This document shows, piece after piece, positions 18,680 through 26,583 of a stretch of DNA of 51,275 bases. The notes under the pieces were generated by a model that had not been told where the DNA came from, ran no database searches, and saw nothing but the letters and a program-made list of their open reading frames with translations. The position numbers were made by a program, and so were the translations under genes. Positions within the stretch are counted from its first letter, which is position 1; each line of letters opens with the position of its first letter. Source of the DNA: a virus (lineage: Duplodnaviria; Caudoviricetes); IMG/VR virus record IMGVR_UViG_3300048574_000532, positions 1 to 51,275 of that record. The stretch is one strand, 5' to 3'.

Positions 18680-18708
18680 AATTTACTCTCTTTCTCAGGG
18701 TGTGTCAA
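18680..18708 (-). promoter_or_regulatory. Near-consensus sigma70 promoter of the RiPP operon
   Basis: Minus strand TTGACA(18708-18703)-17 bp-TAAATT(18685-18680). Confidence 0.75.
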
Positions 18709-19259
18709 GTGTTTGGTGTGTTTGGAACGTAGCATCAGATCTCCCTTTAGTGAGTTTGATGATGTTTAGGAGGTTCGTAAGAGGTCTATGCGTGGGGGAA
18801 AGACAGGGTTAGAATAGAACGCAATGCGTCTCTATATATATGAACACGCGCGAAATCTCATAAACACCACCCACCTCACTAACTCAATGAACTTCAGCGT
18901 GCTATCGCAGTCGGGTTTGCCATCAGAACCACGCTCAACCAAGCGAATATCTCCCATTCAACACGCGTGCCAAGCGTCCCACGAAGAGCACGCAATCCGT
19001 TGCATGTTCGTTGCGCTGTTTTGCAGGTTTGAGGCGCAAGGGTGCCACCACAGCCGCCTTGGCCGGCATCGGGCTCGTGCCGTGCTCCCTCGCTTTTTGG
19101 CAGTCCTTGCCGTGCGCGCTCCACAGGCCCAAGAAAAGGCCTCGACAGCACCCGAGCACGTAGCATCTAACGCCTCTCGAAGGCGAAGCGTGCTACTTAG
19201 GCAAGAGGTCGCTGGTTCATGAGCCTTGCACTGCAAGTACTTACAGCGCCCATCGCGTT

Positions 19260-19282
19260 AGGTGTTAACACTTCTGTTAACA
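19260..19282. repeat. Inverted copy of the att-proximal tandem TGTTAACA motif
   Basis: Exact reverse complement of 867-889. Confidence 0.85.
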
Positions 19283-19571
19283 ATCCAGGCCCTTTCCCCT
19301 GTCCACTCGCCCCGCGGCGCCCTGTGTCTCGTGCGTTGTGAAGGCCTCGACTGACCGTGCCTTATGACTGAAGAGCGGGCCACGGGCGGCGGGCGGCGAC
19401 CTCGACCGCGGCGACCTCGACGCGCACGGGGGCGGGGGTGGGGGGAAGCCGTAGGGTACCCATATCCGGGCGCGGCACCTCTCCGAGATTTTGGGCGCTC
19501 AAAAATCGAATGTCGGTATTGTTGCGTGCACTGGCCTTTTTTTATTTTCGAAAAAGCTCTACGTTGTTTAC

Positions 19572-20270
19572 ATGAGTTTTGCGGTACAAGAACTCGATGA
19601 GCAATTCCTTCCTGCGGTTGACTCTCCTGTAGGTGCGGGTCTCGACGGGCTTGAAGGGGCTCCCTCGGCGACGGCAAGTCCCGAATGGGGCTCCTTCGGC
19701 TCGTGGGCCGCCCGCAACGGGGAGCGCAAGGCCCTCACGGAGAAGGCGCGAGAAATCTGCCGGCTTTACGTGACGGGGCTTTCGCAGGTCGCGATTGCCC
19801 AGCAACTCGGCTGCTCGCCCTCGACCGTGGGGCAATGGCTCCGCTGCGAGATTGGCAAGGCGGAAGTGGAGCGCTTGCGGGGCGTGCTCGTGGAGAAGAC
19901 GGCGCATCCGAGGGCGGTCTTGGACCGGCTCACGGTGGAAGCCGCCGAATGGTACCGCAGCGTCATGCAAGGGGAAATTCCGGTTAAGGATGAGATCCGG
20001 CTCAAGGTATGCCAGGACATCTTTGACCGCTCGGGCATCAGCCGTAACCCCCACGAAGACGCCGCCCGCTACGCCCTCATCGACAGCCGCGAACAACTCA
20101 TGGAAATCAAACGCATCGCGTCCGAGTCGCGCAAGCGCATCAAGCCGGACGAGGACGGCGTAATCGATATCGAATCGCTTTTCGATGCAACGCGGGAGCA
20201 AGTGGTTCATGTCACAGATTCTCACGATGACGGGGACTCCGGGGCGCCTGACGCGGCTGGAGGGGACTGA
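19572..20270 (+). CDS. Probable terminase small subunit (HTH)
   Basis: HTH GLSQVAIAQQLGCSPSTVGQWL followed by IRLKVCQDIFDRSG; first gene of the late region. Confidence 0.6.
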   Translation: MSFAVQELDEQFLPAVDSPVGAGLDGLEGAPSATASPEWGSFGSWAARNGERKALTEKAREICRLYVTGLSQVAIAQQLGCSPSTVGQWLRCEIGKAEVERLRGVLVEKTAHPRAVLDRLTVEAAEWYRSVMQGEIPVKDEIRLKVCQDIFDRSGISRNPHEDAARYALIDSREQLMEIKRIASESRKRIKPDEDGVIDIESLFDATREQVVHVTDSHDDGDSGAPDAAGGD

Positions 20271-20523
20271 CGCGCCGCAGGGGCTTCAAGCCTCGGCCTA
20301 TACCGCGTCGGACGGCGCCTTCGCCAATTCGGCGCTCATCACGGTCGAGGCGCACAACATTCGCCTCGCGTTCCACGAGGACGACTTGGACGCCACCCAC
20401 GGGGCCATGCTCTATGTGGGCGACGTGCTGGACCTGCGAAGCATCGCGCAGATTGAACGATTCCGGTTTATCGACGCCGTGAGCGGGGAACACGGCGCCA
20501 TTCAGTTCATCCCCTATTTCTGA
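20209..20523 (+). CDS. Small virion-associated beta-rich protein
   Basis: SALITVEAHNIRLAF...HGAMLYVGDVLDL; lies in the late operon. Confidence 0.55.
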   Translation: MSQILTMTGTPGRLTRLEGTDAPQGLQASAYTASDGAFANSALITVEAHNIRLAFHEDDLDATHGAMLYVGDVLDLRSIAQIERFRFIDAVSGEHGAIQFIPYF

Positions 20524-20536
20524 GGTACGGGCGCGA

Positions 20537-22150
20537 ATGAGCAGTGCAATCGAACGCGGCGCAAGGGATTTGCTCGTAGCCCTCATCGAACAGATTGAGG
20601 TCTTGCAGCAAAACATCGGTACGCTCCTGGCGGGCGGTACCGTACCCGCCCTGTTCGGCGCGGTCGAGTCGGAGATCAATACCACCTGCTCCTACGGCGT
20701 CGTCTTGAACCAACTCGACGGCACGCCCGTTCCCGCGAACCGCATCCAGGCGGGACAACACGAGGTTTACGTCCACCACGACGGCTCCCCTCCCACTTCG
20801 GCGCAGGTGCAACCGCTTGCCGCGCCGACCGTCTCGGAAGGGCGCGTATGGTTCACTATCACCTGGGCTTCGGGTGTTTCCTCCGGGGACGTGTTCGAGA
20901 TTCGTTTTCCGGGCATTATCGTCACCAACCTCGACGGCACCACGCACACGCTTCCGACCCAGTACTTCTGGGGGCGTCTTACCGAACTTGGAACCGTGGC
21001 GGCCAATATCACGGCTATCAAGGCGGATATCGAGACCGGCCCCAACGCTCTTTCGCAGGTCCGTACCGACATTGCCGCCGTGGACGCCGTGGTTGACCGT
21101 ATCGAGGCTGATACCACGTCTACCGAAACGAAGGTGGACGGGGTAAACGCCACGCTGGCGCTCATCAAGGCCAAGACCGACCTTATCACGTCCACTCCGG
21201 CCGGTTCAGGTACCGCGATGACCTTGGCTGCCGATTCCATCACCGCGAGCGTACTGGCAGCCGACGCGGTCACGGAAGTTCAATCCGGGCTGGCCACGGC
21301 TTCGAATCTCGCTGCGGCGAAAGCCGTGGTCGATGCCGTCAAACTCAAGACGGATCTGATTCCCGCTTCGCCTGCGGCAGTGGGTTCGGCGATGACACTG
21401 GCCGACGACGCTGTCACGGCGGCGAAGATTGCAGCCAATGCCATCGGCGCCACGGAAATAGCGGACGCGGCGATTACGGCCGCCAAGCTCGGCGCGGACG
21501 CGATTACGGAAGCCAAGATTGCCGATAACGCCATCGCCGCCGAACATTTGGCCGCCACGGCGATTGCAAAGATTCTCGCTACGGCCATCGGGGCGAACAC
21601 GGTCAACGGGTCTCTGGCTTCGGCCTTAACCAAGTCCACGACCGCCTCGACCTTCGACCGGTCCACCGACTCCTTGGAAGCACTTCGCGACCGCCTCGAT
21701 GCCATTTACGGCGCCGGGGCAACCACCACCGTTCAAGCCATTTTCGACGAAGTGGCGCAAGAAAAGGTCTCCCGAGTCGCCTTTGGCTCAAGCGTCCAGG
21801 ACGGCGCCGAGAAAGTTCTCTACAGCCAGAGCGGCAGCGTCCCGTTCCGCTTCGAGGGCGGTTGGATTCGCATCCCCTCCACAATTAGCGGGCAGACCGT
21901 CACTGTGCGGATATACGCGAAGCTGCTTTCGACAGACGCCGCGTTTGACGCCACCACGAAACTCTCGGAAGTGGCACTGACCGCGGCGGGCACGTACTTC
22001 GTACCGAGCCAATTCCCCATTGGGGGCGCCACCTACAAGGCCATCATCCCCGCGTGGTGGAACCAATACGGCATTCAGATTTCGGTCCAGCAAGCGGCCC
22101 AAGGCAACGGGTGGCTCACGCTCCCGTACGAGTTCTACGACAACAAATGA
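20537..22150 (+). CDS. Tail-fibre/spike-like virion protein with Ala-rich repeats
   Basis: Repeats AVTAAKIAANAIGATEIADAAITAAKLGADAITEAKIADNAI; duplicated KTDLI...P...AMTLA unit. Confidence 0.6.
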   Translation: MSSAIERGARDLLVALIEQIEVLQQNIGTLLAGGTVPALFGAVESEINTTCSYGVVLNQLDGTPVPANRIQAGQHEVYVHHDGSPPTSAQVQPLAAPTVSEGRVWFTITWASGVSSGDVFEIRFPGIIVTNLDGTTHTLPTQYFWGRLTELGTVAANITAIKADIETGPNALSQVRTDIAAVDAVVDRIEADTTSTETKVDGVNATLALIKAKTDLITSTPAGSGTAMTLAADSITASVLAADAVTEVQSGLATASNLAAAKAVVDAVKLKTDLIPASPAAVGSAMTLADDAVTAAKIAANAIGATEIADAAITAAKLGADAITEAKIADNAIAAEHLAATAIAKILATAIGANTVNGSLASALTKSTTASTFDRSTDSLEALRDRLDAIYGAGATTTVQAIFDEVAQEKVSRVAFGSSVQDGAEKVLYSQSGSVPFRFEGGWIRIPSTISGQTVTVRIYAKLLSTDAAFDATTKLSEVALTAAGTYFVPSQFPIGGATYKAIIPAWWNQYGIQISVQQAAQGNGWLTLPYEFYDNK

Positions 22151-22515
22151 GAAACACCCCACTCACCGCGGAAGAAATCATGGCCTTCGGTCCCTGCGAC
22201 GCCTGGCCCGAGGAACGGGTGCGCGGCTATGTCGGAGTGGGCATCCAACCCGAGAACTTCCTCGACCTGCGCGACCTGTACGACCTTGAGTTCTTGTGGC
22301 TCATACTTCGGCGTGAGGTAATGACGGACGAGGAAATCCGCAACTTTACGGTCCGCGCGGCCCTGCACCCCGACGTGCCTGACACGCCCGAGGATGCGGC
22401 GTGGTTCACCTACGCCGCGCTCTGGCAAGACACCATGGCGGGGGCGTGGGAAATTGTCCGCAAGTCCGGCAAGCCGGAGTTGCTCGCTCGCGTGCTTCGC
22501 CGGGAGGACGCGTGA
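22147..22515 (+). CDS. Hypothetical phage protein
   Basis: ATGA overlap with the upstream gene; MRNTPLTAEEIMAFGPC... Confidence 0.6.
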   Translation: MRNTPLTAEEIMAFGPCDAWPEERVRGYVGVGIQPENFLDLRDLYDLEFLWLILRREVMTDEEIRNFTVRAALHPDVPDTPEDAAWFTYAALWQDTMAGAWEIVRKSGKPELLARVLRREDA

Positions 22516-23141
22516 TGCCCATGACACTCACGCAAATCGCCGGCACGGACCAGACGTGCTACATCTACCACAACGGGCCAAGCAAGGGTGAGTTGATAGC
22601 GGACAAGCTCTTCTGCAAGTTCGCCATTCCACCCGCGTTGCGGGGCCAATCGATAGTGCAGGCACTCTTCAACCTCTACGTCAGCGCTTCCGGAGACTAC
22701 ACCACCGCGCTCGGCGTCGCCACCACAACAGGCGCGTGGAACGGCAGCAGCACCTATGCGAATCTACGTGCTCTCTCTCTGGCGAATCTCTCGAGTGTGA
22801 CCATACCGACCACGACGGGCGTGTGGGTCCCCTTCGACGTTACGGGCGATGCCACCAAGGGCTTCAAAGAGGCCTGTGCTTCCGGCCGCTCCGAGCTCAC
22901 CGTCGTGCTCACCTACCTCGCGGGAACCCCGCTCTATCGCGCCGAAGGCTTCATGATCGGGTATGCGCAGGGCTTTGGCGACGACGATACGCATCACTTT
23001 GACTATCGCGCCTTCGACTTTGCTGGGGGTACCCCCGGCGTCAACGTGCCCAACGTTTACATCACCGCTGCCAACGAGGGCGGACCCGGGACGAACCCCG
23101 GCGACGAGGGTCTGGCGCTCTATGCGGGCGTCGTGGCGTGA
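22515..23141 (+). CDS. Virion protein with a DNRLRE/CBM96-like beta-sandwich
   Basis: LFCKFAIPPAL.GQSIVQALFNLYV...W...WVPFDVT pattern; TGATG coupling with the upstream gene. Confidence 0.45.
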   Translation: MPMTLTQIAGTDQTCYIYHNGPSKGELIADKLFCKFAIPPALRGQSIVQALFNLYVSASGDYTTALGVATTTGAWNGSSTYANLRALSLANLSSVTIPTTTGVWVPFDVTGDATKGFKEACASGRSELTVVLTYLAGTPLYRAEGFMIGYAQGFGDDDTHHFDYRAFDFAGGTPGVNVPNVYITAANEGGPGTNPGDEGLALYAGVVA

Positions 23142-23148
23142 AGGGGGA

Positions 23149-23364
23149 ATGCTCGTGCTAACCAAGAAACAGTACTACGCGATGCGGCGACAGCACCAGG
23201 TCTTGAAGGACCGAAGGGCGCAACTGAAAGACCAGCGCAACGCCTATCAGAACGCGATTGCCGCCATTGAGGAGGAACTCGCCGAAGTGGACGACGAGGA
23301 GCAGCTTTACACGCAGCAGTTGAAGTCCCTGACCGACGAGTACGAGCGGGCGAACAATCGATGA
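23149..23364 (+). CDS. Small coiled-coil protein
   Basis: Heptad-rich sequence; AAGGGGG RBS; ATGA overlap with the lysozyme gene. Confidence 0.6.
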   Translation: MLVLTKKQYYAMRRQHQVLKDRRAQLKDQRNAYQNAIAAIEEELAEVDDEEQLYTQQLKSLTDEYERANNR

Positions 23365-23804
23365 ACACGACTGCCTTAAGCACTTGGTCGGCGCGGGATG
23401 CGACCGAAAAAACCCTTCGCAAGGATGAAGGCTACCGCAGGTTTCCGTACCGGGACTCGCGGGGCATCCTCACCATCGGCATTGGCTGGAACCTCGAAGC
23501 GAACGGGCTCCCGGACGACATCATCGAGGAACTCTTCCGGCGCGGATTTGAAGCCGCGTACCAAGGGGCGCGCGAACTCTGCCCCAACTTCGACCATCTC
23601 AGCGGCAATCGGCAGCTCGTGCTTGTGGCGATGGTCTACCAGATGGGCAAGTGGACCGTCGGCGGCTTCAAGAACTTCCTGCGCAAGCTCGGCGAAGGGG
23701 ATTACCGGGGCGCCGCGGCCGAGATGCGCGACTCGCGGTGGTATCAGCAGACCCAGGACCGCGCCGAGCGGCTGGCTCGCCTCATGGAGGGGACCAAGCC
23801 GTGA
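23361..23804 (+). CDS. Endolysin, T4-lysozyme-like (GH24)
   Basis: DEGYRRFPYRDSRGILTIGIG (E-x8-D-x5-T triad), MVYQMG, AAAEMRDSRWYQQT.DRAERL. Confidence 0.9.
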   Translation: MNTTALSTWSARDATEKTLRKDEGYRRFPYRDSRGILTIGIGWNLEANGLPDDIIEELFRRGFEAAYQGARELCPNFDHLSGNRQLVLVAMVYQMGKWTVGGFKNFLRKLGEGDYRGAAAEMRDSRWYQQTQDRAERLARLMEGTKP

Positions 23805-24100
23805 TGGAGTGGTTGAACCTCGGAGCGCAGTTCGGGATCACGGGCTTTTGCATCGCCTATTTCATGTGGCGCGACAACCGTCGTGACAAGAACGACGCCG
23901 AACGCGAGGAAAAGCGCGGAGTTGAGCAAGCGGAAACAAATGCATGGATTCGCACCCGCTTGGTCGAGACGGTGGAAAACAACACGGGAGCATTACGGGA
24001 CTTTGCGGCAGCGCTGCGGGCGATGCCGCTGGGGTGCCCACTCCACTCGATAAGCAGACTCAAGGGGGAAAACAATGCCGTATCACCGGGACACGAATAG
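23804..24100 (+). CDS. Single-TM lysis protein (holin-like or i-spanin)
   Basis: N-terminal hydrophobic helix followed by a charged coiled coil; directly after the endolysin. Confidence 0.55.
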   Translation: MEWLNLGAQFGITGFCIAYFMWRDNRRDKNDAEREEKRGVEQAETNAWIRTRLVETVENNTGALRDFAAALRAMPLGCPLHSISRLKGENNAVSPGHE

Positions 24101-24428
24101 GTTGAGGGGATTGGGTTGGTTCTTGTGGGGCATCCTGGCCGCCGCGCTGATTGCCCTGGCAGGCTGCGTATACACCCGAACGACCGCCCCGGATGGCACG
24201 GTTGTCGATCAATGGGTGCCCGATGCGGCCCTCGTTCGCGATAGCCTCGCGGCCCTGCCCACGGTCCTGAAGGCTATAGAGGACGTGAAGAAGGACCCCG
24301 AGATTACCCCCGAGGAACGGTCCGCGCGCCTCGAAGAGCTTCAGCTTAAACTTGAAGCCCTCAAAGAAATTCTCAACGCGGCGGGCCAAGGTACCCCCGT
24401 TTCGACCGCCACGACCAGTGCGAAGTAA
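24075..24428 (+). CDS. Lipoprotein (possible o-spanin)
   Basis: Signal peptide with lipobox LAGC; overlaps the previous gene. Confidence 0.6.
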   Translation: MPYHRDTNRLRGLGWFLWGILAAALIALAGCVYTRTTAPDGTVVDQWVPDAALVRDSLAALPTVLKAIEDVKKDPEITPEERSARLEELQLKLEALKEILNAAGQGTPVSTATTSAK

Positions 24429-24439
24429 GGAAGCGACTC

Positions 24440-25015
24440 GTGCCGCAAACCGTCCTATCGTTTGCCGAGCTTAACGTCGAACTCGCGGCCGTAGCCGCGG
24501 GGGTGGGCAAGATTCGCGACCTCGTGCGCGCGGCACAGGCCTTGGAGCGCTATCTCCTGGCCGGCACAACCCAGGGCATGACGCAGATCACGGCGTCGGT
24601 CCAAAACGTGTTGAACGATGCGGCGGCGCTTCGAAACGACGTGCGGCAACGTTTGCTGGACCTCAACTTTCAGCACCAACTCGTGGTGAATACCGGGCGC
24701 GACATGTTGGCCGTTAACGTGAACGCGGTGGATTCCCAAGCCGGCAACAAGACTTCCATCGGCACATGGTCGCTCTCCGGGGCGTTCAAGGGCGACCGAC
24801 TCGCAGGTTCGCCGTTCCTCGGCTTCGCGGCCGGAGACGTAGTGGAGCTCTCGAACGCTGAAGACAACGGCAACAACGGCAAGCAGTTCACCGTTGGATC
24901 GGTGCAAACCGACGCCAACACGCACATGGAAAAGCTCGTAGCCACTACCGCCGTTTCCGGAATCACAGGCAACACCGACGATACAAAACTTCGAATTACC
25001 TTGAAGAAGCGATGA
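24440..25015 (+). CDS. Hypothetical virion protein
   Basis: TAAGGA RBS with GTG start; beta-rich C-terminus GFAAGDVVELSNAEDNGNNG.FTV. Confidence 0.55.
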   Translation: MPQTVLSFAELNVELAAVAAGVGKIRDLVRAAQALERYLLAGTTQGMTQITASVQNVLNDAAALRNDVRQRLLDLNFQHQLVVNTGRDMLAVNVNAVDSQAGNKTSIGTWSLSGAFKGDRLAGSPFLGFAAGDVVELSNAEDNGNNGKQFTVGSVQTDANTHMEKLVATTAVSGITGNTDDTKLRITLKKR

Positions 25016-26583
25016 AACCAGACCGACACACCATCTTTGCCGACAAAGACCTTGCCACGCTTGCGGCCATGGGCGCCGTGAGCACGGAGGCCTTTGCCCG
25101 CGCGTTCATGTACGAGCATTTCTTTGCCCCCATGAGCCGTCAGCACAAGCGGTTCTGCGCCTTCATGGACGACCGGAACAGGCCCAAGAAGAACGCAATT
25201 TCACACCGCGGCTTCGGGAAGACTTCGCTAACCCTCATGGCGAAATGCGCGCAGCACATCCTGTACGACAAGAGCCGCTTCATCGTCTACGCTACGAACT
25301 CCCTCGACCGCGCCATCATGCGCAGCCAGAACTTGAAACGCGAACTCTTGACCAACGAGCGGATTCGGCGTCTCTGGCCCTCTATCAAGGTGTCGGAAGG
25401 GGCCGACATCGGCATGGACGAGGAATTCTCAAAACGCTGCTGGACCGCCTTTGGGCGCACGGTGTTCGTTCCGATGGGCTTCGGGCAAACGCCTCGCGGG
25501 TTGCTGTTCGGTCGGCGACGTCCCGACCTCATCATCATCGACGACTGGCAGGACTTGACGCGCCTCCACAACGAAGACTTCCGGCAGGCCGACTTCGAGC
25601 GGTTCCGGGGCGATATCGAGGAAGCGGTGTCCCAGTATGACAACGACTGGGAAATCATCCACACCGACACGTGCAAACACCAGGACGGGCTCACCGAACG
25701 GCTGGAAGAGCTTCCGGACTGGGCGAGCTTGCGCCTTCCCATGGCCGAAATGCGCGACGGTGTTCTGTACAGTCTCGTGCCCGAGCTCATCGACCACGAG
25801 AAGATTCGCCAGAAGTACGAAAGCCACAAGGCGGCGGGCACCCTCGACGTGTTCTATCGGGAAGTTTTGTGCCAGCCGATGGCCGAAGAAAACCTCGTGT
25901 TCCGGCGCGAATACTTCAAGCATTGCCCCCTGTACGACCTCAACACGCAGCGCAACTTGAAGGAAATGGACTCCATCGTGCTCGTGGACCCCGCGCGTTC
26001 GGCCAATCCCACGGCCTGCGAATCGGGCGTGGTGGGCTGGACCGTGGACCGGTACAAGCCTGCGCTTTATTGCCGCAAGGCCCTTGGGCTTCGCGAGCAT
26101 CCCGACACCGTTATGGACGCCGCCATTAACCTTGCCCGCCACATCGATGCGTGGATTATCGGTATCGAGGTGACGGGCTTGGGCGAGTTTGCGACCTATC
26201 CCTTGAAAACCCGCCTCGGGAACCTGGGCGAGCAGTTCAAGGTGGTCGAACTCCACGCCAAGGGCGGCGTCACCGAACCGGGCAAAATTGCGCGTATCAA
26301 GTCGCTCATCCCCTTCTACCGGCGCGGCGAGGTGTTCCATGTCGAGGGTGAATGCGACCGGCTTGAGCAGCAATTGCTTTCATTCCCCAACGCCCGGCAT
26401 TGGGACCTCATGGACGCGGCGGCCTACATCGTCGAGGTATTGGCCCAGGGCGATGCGTTCTGGCTCCCGCCCGAATTCGAGGGCATGAACTTCTACACGG
26501 CCTCGGCCAAGGAATGGAAAGAGATTCGGGCCGAAGCGGAGCGCGAATGGGCGCGCGACGGGGAGGTGTACCAATGCCGGTAA
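25012..26583 (+). CDS. terL: Terminase large subunit
   Basis: SHRGFGKT Walker A, RPDLIIIDD Walker B, nuclease VDPA...IE...KIARI...DLMDAAAY. Confidence 0.9.
   Translation: MKPDRHTIFADKDLATLAAMGAVSTEAFARAFMYEHFFAPMSRQHKRFCAFMDDRNRPKKNAISHRGFGKTSLTLMAKCAQHILYDKSRFIVYATNSLDRAIMRSQNLKRELLTNERIRRLWPSIKVSEGADIGMDEEFSKRCWTAFGRTVFVPMGFGQTPRGLLFGRRRPDLIIIDDWQDLTRLHNEDFRQADFERFRGDIEEAVSQYDNDWEIIHTDTCKHQDGLTERLEELPDWASLRLPMAEMRDGVLYSLVPELIDHEKIRQKYESHKAAGTLDVFYREVLCQPMAEENLVFRREYFKHCPLYDLNTQRNLKEMDSIVLVDPARSANPTACESGVVGWTVDRYKPALYCRKALGLREHPDTVMDAAINLARHIDAWIIGIEVTGLGEFATYPLKTRLGNLGEQFKVVELHAKGGVTEPGKIARIKSLIPFYRRGEVFHVEGECDRLEQQLLSFPNARHWDLMDAAAYIVEVLAQGDAFWLPPEFEGMNFYTASAKEWKEIRAEAEREWARDGEVYQCR

Noticed and set aside
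18824-19236. ORFs in the region between the RiPP promoter and terS
   Set aside because: Atypical composition and no convincing RBS; treated as non-coding, although small genes cannot be excluded.
20537-23141. Diversity-generating retroelement targeting fibre genes
   Set aside because: No reverse transcriptase gene and no adenine-variant template/variable repeat pair seen.
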